Shown here: positions 33,801-48,800 of the stretch, piece by piece | How positions within the stretch are numbered: the first letter of the stretch is position 1 | Layout of the letters: every line of letters starts with the position of its first letter | Assembly (NCBI GenBank): GCA_030141605.1 | Contig: JAQGDQ010000162.1 | Location: 124,001 to 188,000, forward strand | From: Tubiluchus corallicola | Taxonomy: Eukaryota > Animalia > Priapulida | DNA length: 64,000 nt | Direction: 5' to 3' | Made by a program: the position numbers and the translations under genes | Notes under the pieces: model-generated | What the model was told of the DNA's origin: nothing | The model's input: only the letters and a program-made list of their open reading frames with translations | Databases searched by the model: none

Positions 33801-36800
33801 AGTACTTAATGCTCTACTGAAGCACTCATGATCATGCTTTTTAAGCATTTGCCTCAATAAAAGTCTTTTTTGTTGCTGCTTCGTCATCTTTGCTGACAAA
33901 AATAAAAAGTTTTGCCGTCCCTGTTTTAGCTGGGTTAAAGAAAACAAGTCGGCTTTGCAAACTGCAAAAATAGGCTTCCGCACTCCTTTAAATTTCCGTT
34001 TCTTTGAAATATTTTTTCCAGGACAAGACATTGAAATGTATGGTTTACAGAATCACAGGCGCTGTAGCGGCTTCAAACTACATACAAATTCCAAGGTCGT
34101 CCTCTCAAAGTTTGGCTCTGACTGGCCGTTACTGTTATATTTTATTCAAGTAAGTTCGCACGTGCTTTTTTATAATCATAAATAAAAGTAATTTTTAGTG
34201 GCTGAGTAACTTGCATTAATTCGTTTTGTTGGTGGGTCTTTAGTGCTTACTACACTTTGCATTCATCTTTGCCAATTACTATAAAATTACTATTATACTA
34301 TTATTATTACACTGCCTTCACTATTAAAGTAATTGAGGTGCAACAGGATTCTTATTAATTAGTTACTTCAAAATTTTATGAAACTGATTCTAGCCAGCTC
34401 ACAATTTACGGGCTAGAATAATACCTCACAGGTCATGATGTGTGGTTAACAACTTAAGTTAAGCAATATCGAACCTGGTTAGTAATTAGATGGGTGTCTC
34501 CTATGAAAAGGGCTTCATCAGATTCTATCATACTGCCCGTGTATCATCTTCTCGTTGAGGACTACTCAGTGCTGTGTTTACTTATCAAATCAATTTATTT
34601 CAATCCAGCAATACATATACAATACACCAACATAATTAATTTGTTAACAATACATCCGGTCTTCATAAAGTCAGGGTGATTTCTGTGTCATGTGCTCAGA
34701 GCCTTCACTTCATACTTTTTTACCTTTGTAATTGTTTGTCAGTTTTTTCTAATAATGTATTCACATGCTACATTGCTCCAGATAAAATAAGCTGCATGGA
34801 GTGGGAGCTCAGCAGCTTGCCACCTCTGCTATATATATATATTAGTACATATATATTAGTACAGTGAAAGTTAGTTCAGCAAGAATTACAATTCTAGTCT
34901 TAATAAGAAAACCTAAGCTGGTAGTAGCCAATTTCTTACTCAATAAATAGTCGTATCTGTAGGCCACTGGCTGGCAAACATTTTGTGATCCATGTGGATG
35001 TGATCGGAGCTGACGGATTGCCAATCCGCATTTCGCTGTCGAGTCTGTTCAAGGAATTTAAGTCGGAAGTATCCAGGTTGTTGTTTCCCTTATGCCGCAT
35101 GACGGATAACGAACCAGATTCCTACGGAGCAGATGGAGGTATAACTTGTAAACAAACAGTTTTGTTTAGTATTAGGCTTAATGTCATCTGAAGCTATGGG
35201 TCTTTGTAATTTTCGTTTTGTTGCTTCTTGATTCACAGATAATTTTGTAATTTTGCCTCATTAAATTTAATAAATCGGGTATTTATTTGTAACCAATTTT
35301 TACTTAAAGGGAAGAAAAAGAAATTTTAAAGTACATCTTAAAAAACTTTTCATACAGAGTTATGTTACTTACTATTATGCTTAGGTGTTTGTAAGACATA
35401 TAATTAGAAAAGAATACTCTTATTAATTTAAAATATTCATGTCATATGGTAAAACAGCATTGCAACGCCATCCCATTGAGTACCACTTGTTCGCCAAAAA
35501 TTGTATTTTTAATCTCATCACAATGTAAAGTAATTTAAACTTTTGCTTAGTTAGCGAAATGTGTGGTACAAGTGCTGTGATTATTTTTTAAGCTCTATGT
35601 AATTTTATCTAAACTTGTAGCGTTAAATGGCTGTGCGCCTAACGGTCATCGCGGGAGTTTAAATTTACAAGTTCTATATAGAGTTACAGCTAACACAAGT
35701 TCTGTATTCAGTAAGACAGCATGTAAATGGTATAAAATTTCAAGACTATATCTTGGGTGTTTTCTTGTACATAAAATATAATAGCAAAAATAAAAGCTTC
35801 ATTGTTCTAGAGTTCAGTTGAAAATGATAATAGTCATGTAACCACTGCAAGCTGGTCATTGAAGTTTGTAAGCCATGAGCACTTTTAATTTATTTTGCTA
35901 TTTTTTCCTATTGCTGCAGATAGCTCTGTAGACAATCACTCAGTGAATGTTTGGACAATCGTGTGTCTGGACCTGCAGGAAATTTTATATCTCTACTTGC
36001 GATGTGTATATTCTCACTTAAAGAGCATCCGTCTTTGTGCTTCTCTTCTTGTCAAGAACATCGTCGTCAGCGACACTTTCTTCTCACCAGGTTTGTAGCT
36101 TCCAAGCATTTTGAAATCTTTGGTGATGAATAGTACATTAGTAATCACATGTTAGTAACTCATGTACTTTCTAGTAGTAATTGTTAATATTGTGTATGAG
36201 TTGCAACTTAGGAACTAGAGAAGTAGGCAAGAATTTTTGTATTTTTGATAACTTGATTAATGAGTAATGGTAACAGTGCTAACACAACAATCTTATATGT
36301 TTTATGCATCACTACCATTATATAAAGGTGCTCACGTAAATGTAAATGCCAAGGGGTTGATTAATTGTATTTTTTTAAAATTCATATAAGATCTCACCTC
36401 TAGATTGTCTTCTCTGCTTGTATATTTATTTGTTTTATATGTGTCTTATATTGACATATAATTTATGTAACCTGCATTTTGTTTAACTCCTGCCAATTTC
36501 TTTCATTCCTATACCTCAAAGTGATCTATAATCTAATGTGGTCCATAAATATGATTTTTAAGAATTACCTATTTTATAGTGTAAGTAAAAAACAATATGT
36601 ATAAGTATAAATATAGTATAAGTGTAAGTAAAAACAATAAATATAAATAGAACTAACTGCTAAAGATTACGAATTGTGAACTATTATGTGGAACACTAAA
36701 TCTTGAACACTTGGTCTTTGTCGTTGTGAATGTCACCTATTCTAAAAATGGGCTTAATTTAATAGTGAACGGTTTACTCTAGTTTTGCTATATTCTAGTA

Positions 36801-39800
36801 GTTCTACTATTTGGCTATTCCAAGATGTTATGTGCAGACATCTGTTTACTTATATTTTTGTTGAAACTTCTACGTGAATAAACGTTTAAAGTATATTATA
36901 CTGTTAATCGTTTTGTCAACACGACAGTCGTACTCATTCCTCAGAAATGTGTTGTTAAAAAATAGGCACTATACTATATCACCTAAAACATTTTAGGTAA
37001 TTAATAATCTCCGTGAATAAATATACCAATGCAGTTAGTAAAAGGGAAGTCTAAAGGGGAAGAAAGGGAAGGAATTGTTCAGAATAATTGAACTGTCACA
37101 ATTGTTTGAACTGCATGGAAATGGCAGTAACTAATATGATAAGTATAAATAGAATAGAATAAAGTAGAAATTAATTTTTTTCATGGATACGTAAAAAATG
37201 TGTTACATACATGTTATTTCCATGATGGTCCAAGTGTTAGTATAAAAATGAGATCAGAAAGTACAAAATACACAGAAACTATTAAAAATGCTGCAGATTA
37301 CTATAAGTTAAACTAAGATTATGTACAAATTAAATAATAACAAAAGTGCAACGTAAACTTAAATGTAGTGTAAACCATTGACAATTGTCACAAACCACTA
37401 GTCGTCAATTAAGAAACTATGAGTGAAACAAAGGATAAAAGATACGGATGTTAATATATTGTAAACTACTGGTAGGTATGAATTGTATAATTGTATTGTA
37501 TTTTATAAATTAAAAAATGATGTAAAAATCCATATTATAAAAATTGTAGAATTAAAAGATAGTGAATAGACAAAAAATCAAAGCACAAAGGATCAGCGAT
37601 GATTATATATAAAAATTATGGATATAAGATCAAATTTGTACAGTAAAACTTTGCTTTATTGTTGTGCATAATAAGTACATCCTTTATTGTTATGCAGAGG
37701 AACAAGGCACTGCTAAACTGCCGAAGGTTATGAGCTATCCACTAATGAAGGGTCAAACCTGGACAGATCATTATAGCTTTGTTGTGTAAGTGTGAATTTG
37801 TGTCGTTTTCTTATCTTTTTCCATAGGGTGTTCTGATAAGGGGTTCTCCAAGATCTTGACTTGATCTCGTGTGGAGCTGCATTTTTCTTCTCTTTTTACT
37901 GGCAGATAAGTGTGTGATCGAGAAAACAGAAACAGTCGCCATGTTCGAATATTTCTTACCTTAAGTTCCCGTATTTTCCTTACTTAAAGGCCTATATAAT
38001 TCTAACAGACACTGAAGTTTTTTTAATGCATTCTTATGTTTACATAAAGAATTCGTAGTTATTATTAAACAAAAGAAACTGATGAATTAAATAACTTGTC
38101 TTTTTCTGGCAAATTGCCAAAGCGTGAATTGCTGTAAAGATCACCATGTTTTGTGTCTTTGGCGTGAGTGAGCGAGAATGACGCACGAGGTACAGAAACT
38201 GTCTTTGGTTACTGATGTTTGTTTATCGATCTTTGGTGACCTTGTGACTTATTACGTTGTTCTTTTCACGCAACGAAAAATAGTGGTTCTGCAAATTTAA
38301 TACCTACAACAAGTGATTAAAAATCAAAAGAAACGAATTTTACAGTAAGTTTATAATAAAATTAATTGAATAATGAGAGTAGGATTTTAAATTGTAAAAG
38401 CTTATATTATAGTGAGGGCTTAGTTTGACTTTACTGTAATAATTCATAATTATGACTGAGTTGAAGTTTGAACATTTTTTAGTTTGCCAGTCACGCGATC
38501 AGTGCTGTCTGATCATTCGCTGCAACTAAATCTTCACTCCAGCAGCACAATCGACACAGAAGTTGGCATAGAAGACGGTCAGTCGAGAGACGTTAGCGTT
38601 CATCGTCCCACGAGTTCTTCATCTACGGCTCTCAGCATTTTGACCACGCCGAAAAAGGTATGAACGTGGACGTTGTCTGATGTAATTCATGACAAATATT
38701 AAAAATTTCATTGTTCAAGTCTCTTTAATGCTGTCGTTTCACAGCAACTGAATCAATTCAGCACACATGTGTCTCCACCTAGACCTACTGCTAAGGTGTG
38801 GTGGGCAGACTGCATTACTGTGATTCAAAATAGCCATCTATTTTACATTGTGTCATTTTATATTAGTAACTCATGTTTTTCATAATTGCTTATATTCTTT
38901 AATTTGTGGAAAATGTAGAAGCCAAAGAATTTGAAGAAACACAGCAAAAGTTCTCGAAAACCAATTTCTACCACTCCATTGTCAACTACTAAGAATTATG
39001 GTACTGCCACAATTCAAGGTAATAAGGAAGTGCACATTTTTGCTCCACCTGGTGGTGAAGTTGTTATACATCATGGAAAACCCAAGGTAAAATCCAGTCT
39101 CTATATATAACTAAATAATTCTAAAATAAGAACAAGCTTTTAATCTTAGCATAGTAGTGTAGAAAAATACTACCGACTAGCAACTGAAAAACACTGTTTC
39201 ATAAAATTATTATAAAAATAGTTATTGGCCTGTCATAGGCCACGGCTTCTTAAGTTCTCTTTCATTATTTTCTTTAATAACTGCCATCATTTTCACATAA
39301 TTATTGTTATTTTACTGATTATATACTGTATTTCAGAATTCTGTGCCAATCAATGTGATAATGGTATATGGTAAATCAATAAATTATTTTGCAATTTTGA
39401 AAATATTGAATTTAAAGTTGTTTTGCAATTTATGTTATGTTATGGTATGTTACTCGAGTTTTTAGCAAGTGAAAGCTTGTGAATTTGCTTACAAGAAGGT
39501 ACCGCTGTAAGCAGTAATATAAATACATTTTTGAGTACAATAAGCATCGTGTTTAAATAGTTTTAGCGTTGTTCTAATGTGTCACACTGCAATATCTGTA
39601 AGTATGACAACTGCATAAACATACGTATGCATTAGTACCCTGCAGTATGCCTGGGGGGTATGCGTGCAGTATGCTTAACATACGTTTGCTCAGTAGCTAG
39701 TGACACAACAATTTTTTAATCATCTTTTTTAGATTGAGCGCAGCAGATTACTGTTGTAGCATTTCATCCACTGCATTTACAGCATGCTATGTATTTCTGA

Positions 39801-42800
39801 GGAATTATTTTATTTTATTTGTTTTATAGGTGGAGAAAGACGTTCGAGAACCAAATCGTATTCGTACGGTCAGCCCTAGTAAACAAGTGTTAGAACCTAA
39901 TCCTATAATGCGTTTACATAGAGTGATAGGCTTTGACATGGCCGGTTTATGCACCGCAGAATTCATGCAAGACGGAACTCGCATTGTGTATCCAGCCTTT
40001 GCCGTTGTCGTAATCATGGACATCATAACCGGAGAGCAGAAATTCCTTGTTGGACACACTGACAAAATCGCCGCTGTAACGATAGACGGCCGTAGTGAGA
40101 TGATAGCTTCTGGTCAGTATGGTGGCTCCTCTGTTGTGCGAATATGGAAGCCTTGTTCTAATGAATGCGTGGCCATTGTGAGGGCTCATGATCACGGGCT
40201 GAAGTTGCTAAGATACTCTTCATCTGGACAAATGCTTTATGGCGTGGGGAAAGATACTCATGGTTTAGACATGATTGTGGCTTGGGACACATCTGGCGCT
40301 GAAAAGGGCCACGTGGTCCAGTTGGCAGTAGCCCATACGACCTCTGTGATATCATCTTTTGAAATTAATCCCGTTCACATGCACAAGTTTGCTACTTGCG
40401 GACCGGGTAACGTCCACGTTTGGCGGTTTTCCAAAAACTCGCTACGAAGTTGTTCGGTGAATTTGCGCATGTATTCTCAAGTGAAACTTACAGATATCTG
40501 CTACCGATTAATAGATGTTCATAGCGCAGTGCACGATTACACACTGTTCGCCAGCACTGCATGTGGACACTTGTTCGAAATAAATCCGGACACTGCCAGT
40601 GTGTTTCACGTCCGGATAATGGTGGCATCTCGTTCCGGGGACGTTAACATGAGCGGATCGAGTTCTACAATCACTACTGGCAAGGGCATATCTGTGAACA
40701 GTATCACTTCGAGTAGGTCCATATGCGCCACAGGTTCCAATGATGGATGTCTTCGCGTGTGGTCGAGGGATTTCGATGCTACGCTTGTCGAAGTGCAGCA
40801 CGAGAGTCCTGTTATAAAAGTTCTGGTTAGTGAAGATGGGCTGAAGGTGTTCTGTGTAACCTCGCACGGAAGTTTGGGTATCGTTGATATAACAACTCAG
40901 GAATATACAACTTTAGTTCGATCTCATATTGGAGAAGTTCTTTCAGTGTCACTGGATCCATCTGGTGACTACTTTAGTACTGTTAGTATTGACGGTACAT
41001 TACGTATCTGGTCAACACGCATATATCAGCAAATTTACGATTTTAGCCTTCCCGGCGAGAAGCCATGTTGCATTGGGTTTTGTCCGGAGGTGTTCCAGCC
41101 GGACGTTAAGCAGTTTGCGACTGGGTTTCTGAGTGGCAAAGTTGTGATATTTGAGATTCCGTCCATGGCAACCATTGACGAATTAAAACCGCTAGCCGGT
41201 CAAATAACTGGTTTGTGTTATTGTTCAAAAAATAAGGATAAACTGTGTTATTGTGATCAGTCTGGCACTATTGTCTTGTACAACATTGATGTGTTTGGTT
41301 ACTCTTTAATTCGTGTCTTGTCTTCTGCGGTTTTGTCTGATGCATCGCTGTTACCAAACGCTTTAACCGTGAGTCCGAGTGGAGAGCACATTGCTTGCAT
41401 TGGTCCCTCAGAACAAATTGTGACCGTTTTCGACACCGTTGATCTAAGCACAGTTCTGCGTCTAGATATTAGTCTGGTGAAGATAAATTTCAGCACTACT
41501 TTCCCGTGCCTAGACTCGGCAGTGCAGGTAGCCTTTAGTCAAGGTCCTCGTGAGTCGCGTGCCCTTTTTGTCGCGACATCAAGCGGCCGTTTATTGAGGT
41601 TTGATGTCGACAATGGTGCCCTTTGTTCTCAAAGACGCGAAGTTCACACCGGGAGTTGTTCCGCTGTTGTTTCTTCGATAAGTGGAAAGTATGTTTTGAC
41701 GGCAGGCGACGGAAATATTAAAGTTTGGAATAGTACTTTGAGTGCCAATATCATTCCACAAATGTTCATTGGTCACAGTTCGAAGATAAATGCACTGCGG
41801 TTTGCTGCCGATGGGACAAAGCTCGTGTCTGTCGGCGATGCCATTTTCGTCTGGCGATTTTTGGACGGAGAATCGAGGCAGAGAGGATGGGATGATGTGG
41901 ATTTTCTAAAAGATTCTCGCCAAAGTCTTTCTCTGGAAAGTATGTCTCATCCACAACCCAGGGAATTAATACTGGACAGACAACCCAGTGTATTAGGTAT
42001 TTCTGCATTTTGATTGGTAAATGTGATCTGACCTGGCCACACATTTTCATTTTATGTGTTTGTTCATTTTTGTCAGAAATCTTCCGTAATTGTTCCATGA
42101 TTATTTTTCAATGAGTGGATATGAGTGGGGCTTGCTACTAAATGTTAATGTTTTTTTATCATACTGTTATCTAATTGATGAGAGTTGTTGTGTGTCCACA
42201 TTTGAATTGAATGTACACATGCAGATGTATAGTAAGTCCTTGCTTAATGACTCCCCCTTTATCTTGCAGACAATATGAACAAGGATGCAGTTCCTGATAC
42301 GGCTGATACAGCTTGCCAGACGGTAAGTTTGCTTACGAGTGCTAAGTTAAAACATTACTCAGTTTCGTAAAGTTCTTGTGTTCGGCGACGTTTGTATGAA
42401 TAACGTTGCCGAGTATTGCAACACTAATTTGTAATAGTCATCGTTCTATTATAAATCACTAGGCTTCATGTTGTTGGTAAAAAAGCTTAAAGGGAAGAAA
42501 AGGGAATTTTAAAATATATGCAAAAGAATTTTCCGTACAAACTACAAAGTTATAGTACTTAGCATTATGCTTACCTGTTTGAAAGACTTATATAACTGGA
42601 CAAGAAAATTGTTAATAAGTCAAAATACTTGTAGTACCTGGTAAAACTGCACTGCATTGCTATCTCAGTGTGCACAACTGATTTATCAAAAAACATTATT
42701 GATCTTAATTTTTTGCTGAGTTAATAAAAAGTGTGTTACAAAAGCTCTGATTATTTTGTCAAACTGCATAATATTATCTAAACCTGTTTCAAATGACCTT

Positions 42801-45800
42801 CTGTTAAAATGGCTGCACCTAACGGTCATCGCGGGAGTTCAAATTTACATGTTTTGTTGTCCAGCGTTACTATAACACAAGCTCCATATGCAATAATACA
42901 GTATGGCGGTCATACAAAAATTTTTAAACTTTATTTATGAATAGTGTTTTATGTGCTATAAAAATGCATATTGTCAAAGTTTTGCACTGTGCAGTGTTGA
43001 ATCGAAAGAATGTTGTCTATTTTAAGACGAAATTCTGTAATCTTGTTATAATTGCACCCAAAAACTGTTTATGTTTCACCAAATTTCTCTTGCAGATTTT
43101 ACATGCTGAGAATAGTTTGGAAACGGCTGATAAAAAGTCTGACTACTACACAACTGCTGAACCGTGTATGGTATTTTCTTAGCGTACTACAGTTTCACTT
43201 GTAGATAAAAGCTTCATAGTTTCATAAGATGGCACAAAGGCAATAGGGCAAGCATTTCATTATGTGTTACGCAGGTTCTTATATTGTTTTAATTATCTAT
43301 GCATTTTTTGATTATTTAATATTTTGTGTTTTGGCAAGACATTAATCAAACTTGGTTCAAACATGATATACTGCCACCACATTTCAAGATGACCCACCCT
43401 GTCAAAATGGTTGGGTCTCATCGTGGGAGTTTAAATTTACTCTGTTTTATACAACATTGCTGCTATTACAAGCTCTGTGCGCAATAAGGCAGCAGGTAGA
43501 TGATACCAAATTTCAAGATGAACTTTTTTTACCTTTATGTAAGTATAGGGTTTCTTGTGCGTTAATTAAACTATTGCAAGCTGCTACACACTAAGCTCAA
43601 ATCGAACACAAGACGAGAAGATTTGTTGATGGAAAGTTTGCCCAAAAAATGAATTTTAAGTGATTTTTAAATTTGGTAGCATTTTTGGTGTTTAACCACA
43701 GTCGGAGACCCGCTATTGCAAAAGTTTAGTCTGCGAATGTTGAACGTTTGAATCTGACATTAATATTTTCATTTGATCCAGGTCTGTGATTTATATCATT
43801 TTGGTGATCTTGTTGTAGATCATGTTAACATGGCTGACAGAACAGCAAGCAACGGCATAAATAGCAATCACATGGAACCTAGAACTTTCCAGACTCCCTC
43901 AGCAAAGTGTCACTTTCGGAGGAAGACCCGGGAAACTTTCCTAGCAGAGGTATAAAAGTGGCAGTTACCGTTGAGCGTGTTCTTCTCAAAATGGAACATC
44001 TTAATATTAGAATTCTTCACAAGATGAATGCCATTTGGCATAGGTCAACCAGACCTCTTCTGTGCTTTTTTTTAAATCACCAAAGGTTAAAGGAAGACAG
44101 GATAATTTTTCATACCCTACCCCAAGTACGGTAAAAAGTATCCATTTTAACAGCAATAATATTGTGGTAAAGCATTTCTGGTGATTAAATAATAGGCTAT
44201 TGATGACATCACAAACAAATATAATTTTCAGCAGCACAAACATTCCGTGAGCGTGTTTCAAATGTTTGCAAAGGCAAAGATTGAAGTTCAGTGCTACTGT
44301 AAGGGATTCAGTGTGTTGTACTAAAACTCTTGTAAAGACATTCTTGAAAAAATAGTATGTTTCCTTTCAATATTTTAAATAGTAGATTGTTTTGACCTAT
44401 ATTTTAAGATTGGGTCCGGTTTTCCTTTAAAGGATTTAGCATACTTTTAGTCATAGACCCGGAAGGTTTTGGACAATGTTTGAAGACCATGCTTCAAATT
44501 TGTGTATTGCGCTATCTGAGTTTAAAATTTAAGCTTTAACACTTGACACCTGACTTGATATGAAGAATGAGTGCGTAAAACGATTTTTATTAACCTATCC
44601 AGTAATTTACACTTTCACACTATAATTCTAGACTTTTATACAGTAAACACTCTGCAAGCTTGGAGCCTGGACCCATTAGAAGGTGTACTTAATGCAGACG
44701 ATACTGGCAAGCAGGGGCGTATCAAGATTTTATGACGTCCTAGGCTAATCATAGTTCTGTCCCTCACATCTCTATTGTGAAGTCATGGTCATCTATGTAA
44801 TCAGCAGATTAATCATTACTTGTGGTGTAATACTATTAACCAAGTTTCTATGTGGTCATCATTAGTTACATGTATTTGCATAGTTCTTATATTCATGTAG
44901 GCCGCACAACTGCTTGTTGTGTAATACTTTACACTTGCTCGTTATGTGGCACTTAGAAGCTGTGCTCAGTAACTGCCTGTGGTGTGTTATAAAATATGCC
45001 GTTTACATTTGGAATATGAAAGTATACACCTTTTCTGAGGCGAATAAGATTTTTTCCTAAAATGTTGCGCTTGTCAAACTTTGGCGCCCTAGGCTATAGC
45101 CTAGTTAGCATATTGGCTAATACACCCCTGGTGGCAAGACCAGAACTTAACTAGTTATGAAGGATAGACCTCTAAATTTGGACACTTGACTGGCGTAGCT
45201 GTGCTATTATGTTTAGACTTGTGTGCATTCTCCTTCAATAGAATGATTCTCCGTCACTTAACTATTTACTGACCACTCTTGGTGCTGCGTAACTTCATTG
45301 CTACTCATGCTGTTCATTCCTGGGAGTAATTGTACAATGTAATTACTTTGACCCAATTGCTGAGCTGAAACATTTATCTTCTTATGCAAAAAAACAAATT
45401 ACTATTCATTAAACAGTTATCCACTAATTCATATATTTGTCTATATTATATATAAATCTATATATATAATTTATATATTCTAGCACATAAAATGTCACAA
45501 ACTTTTTTAACTCCTTCTTCCCACATCATTGTTTCAGAAACGATACATGACATCGGACTCGTCAGCGGGCTTGCAACTGAAATCCGTTTTCGGATACAAC
45601 GGCAACGGGCGGCATAACATGGTGTGGTACCCAGACACGGGACTGTTTGCATATTCGTCAGGTTGCTTAGTTGTCGTAGAAAATCTTTCAAGTGGCACGC
45701 AGAGACATTTACGTCAGCATACGGAGGAGATATCCACCCTAGCTTTGCAGTCTGATTGCCAGGTGTGTTGGTAGTGTCTTGTCAGAACCATGATAACTTG

Positions 45801-48800
45801 TAATATAGGTTTGTTTGTATTATGCTGCATATACCGCCTAATTTGATGCACTTTTCAGTCTTATTGTTTGTACTCCCACTACTCACTTATTGGTTTATAT
45901 GCAAATGGTGTCAAGTTCTAGAGTGAGAGTAAGCTTTATTGATTATTTATTTATTTATTTGCTTGTCTTTTATTGGTTTATTTTTAAGGAAAAATGCTGT
46001 GCACATAAGTTGCTACATGGTGGTCATAGTTTTTTCATAAGGTTACTTGCTTTTACTTAAGTATCAACTCTTTAACACTGATATTTCAAGGCTGACTGTA
46101 GTATAGCGGGAGGTATGGTTGCCCTGTATGGTAGCCAAATTGTCCACCCACTTCCTTAATTGTAACACAGCCTTCGACTGCTACAAATACACGTATATGA
46201 AATTGCCATTCAACTAAGGTATTTCTTCTTGACGAAAATATGAAAACACTGAACAACTAGATGTTTAAGTTAACTGTTTCGAATTCTCAAGTCCTTTCTC
46301 ATCTCTTCAACGTCAAGTTATTCAGTATAATTGTTGAAAGAATTGCTAAGAATTGATAAGTGATTCTAGTTGAGCAAAGATAATTCTTCATTAATTTAAA
46401 CTTAGAAAAACTCCGCTCGCAGCTACCATGCTAACAGCTCACACTGGACCTTCAATTAAAACATAGCGAAGCACTTGACTGGTTTTGTCTGTGTGAGATA
46501 AATCTGGCGTGGTGTGAAAGATCATTGCAAAATATTTTGCCTGTTTAACTTGATCACAACTATTTTCTTTTTCACATTTTCTCGAAGAACAGTAATAAAC
46601 TCATTTTGAATCTGTGGTGACAGATAGAACATAGTTATCTTGCCAATCATCCCAGCGATGAAAACATTAACATTTTTTGCTAGGCCTTTATTTACATTCA
46701 ACTATGTTTGCTTTGTTGGAAGTTTAGGAAATATGTAAGCTTCTTGTTTTAAGGTACTGGCTTCAGCTTCGGTAGCTGCATCTGAGCCGGGTTTTTGTTT
46801 GATATGCGTCTGGAATTTGCACGATTACACCTGCACGTCTTCGTTGGTGTCGCAACACAAATATGCCGTCATCTGCATGGATTTTTCTAAAGATGGTCGC
46901 TTTCTTCTGTCTGCAGGTAAGGCTTCGGCGAGTAATCTGTACCCAAAAGTGTCTTCGTCTTTTCAAATAGCTCAAATTAGTGCTCGTTTGTACTTGATTT
47001 GGCAGCCATAAATATACTTTTTTGGTAAAAATATATTTAGGCTATAATTAAAACGTGTTTTGTTGTGTGTGACATTCAGTAGCAACTTGGTATTGAATTG
47101 TCAGACAATACCAATAGTAAGCAAGCATTGTGAAGCACTGGCATGAAATTACGAAAGGAGAACAGAGAAAAAGGGTAAGAAACTGATTTATAAATAACTA
47201 GACAGACAAATAATACATTGATATCAGGCAACAAAATATTTTAACACTGGAAGAATTATTATCGCTGTAGGTTATTAGAACGTTCATCAGTGTCTCTAGA
47301 TTACTAGATGTTCAGCAATGTAACATTAATTTTTTATAGCTATGCATGTCTGCTTGACAAAGCTATAATGATTACTTTAATAAAAATTAGAAGATTTACA
47401 AGACAGGAATTCGAATCCAGGCTAAATGTGTGGGGCTTTCGGACTGATAGTCAAATGCCTTATCCATTAGGCCACAAATAAAATCCAGATTTTCTTGAGG
47501 CTTCCAGTTCATTCCTGGTGGTACGTTGCTGTCAGGTGGAAACATGCAGTGAGAATTAATCGCTCTTGCAACAATGAAAACTGTAACCCGCGACAGCTTT
47601 CAAACATAAACGTGACGATGATAACTGTTTGATCTGGTCAACAACTCAATGCAAGGCAATGTTTTATTGTCTCACACATGATTCCATAACTGTTTGTGGT
47701 GTGTTAAAAATGCAAGACAAAACAGCCGGATAGCAAAATGTACCTCTCATGTTACTTTTAAGAGGAATCTAGAATAAATAATTTTTGTTTGATCAAAATT
47801 TGTATAATACCAGGTGACTTCCGTGATCCAATGATTACTGTCTGGGACATGTACTCTTTAGCAGCGGTGGCGACCGCTTCTCTCCTCTTTCCGCTGCATC
47901 ATCTCAACTGGGATCCATATCACGTGGACGAGTTCGTTGTAGTCGGTGGGCGAGGAAGCGTATCGTTCTGGTTGGTGTGTGAGCAGAAAGACAGGTTAAA
48001 CTTAGCCGTATTGAATGTACATTATCCAGAAATACCAGCGGGTTTACTGCAGACGCGGGTATGTTGCTTAACATTTACTAAATATTTGTGACACTTGTTG
48101 ATTTTGTTACAAACAGTAATTTCTCGCTTAACGACTCCCCGTTTAGCGACATTTCGTTTTAACGAAGCTGAGCATTTGTCTCCTTTTTCTCACTTAACTA
48201 CTCAAATTTTATTTTAACGACGAATTATTTTAATTTTTTCAAAGCAACTTTCTATTTTGTCAACACATTTTTAACAAATTTGAAGCATCTAAAACAGTAC
48301 GTATTACATTATTTTGTTCTAATACAGTATCATAAAAAATTCTAACTTTTTGCTTCCCGACTGACTACTAAATGCGAAATCTATCTGTGATCTGTGATTC
48401 AGGCAGCCAAGTGCAAACCTTATGGAAATGAATTTTGCCTGCAACCTGTTGCTACAGCTACCAGATGAAACTGTCATAAACCCAGAGCTTGGCTTTCATT
48501 ACCAGGTGTTTAACCACTAACTACTTCATTCTTCAACCTTAATGAATGAGAAACCACTAGCTAGGTTTTGGTAAGAAAGATAGGTGGTTTTAAGCAAACA
48601 ATTAGAAATTAATCAGTAGAAATACGAATAAAACTCCTGAAAGTTTTAATCCGTATGATATAAGCAGCATTGATTTTTGGCTCTGGAAGATATCTCAATT
48701 CTTTTACATTACTTTCTACGGGTCCTGGCTTCGTTTAACGAAGTTTCGCTTAACTTCGCATTTTGCTGGAATGCATAGGCATCGTTAAACTAGAACTTAC

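Noticed and set aside
34450-34510. Functional 5S rRNA gene
   Set aside because: Only about 40-50 nt match; the 5' half, terminal helix and T-run terminator are missing
39830-42013. 727-aa ORF as a stand-alone gene or retrogene
   Set aside because: Starts at a splice acceptor (GTG, not ATG), has an in-phase donor at 41997 and is collinear with the flanking WDR90 exons
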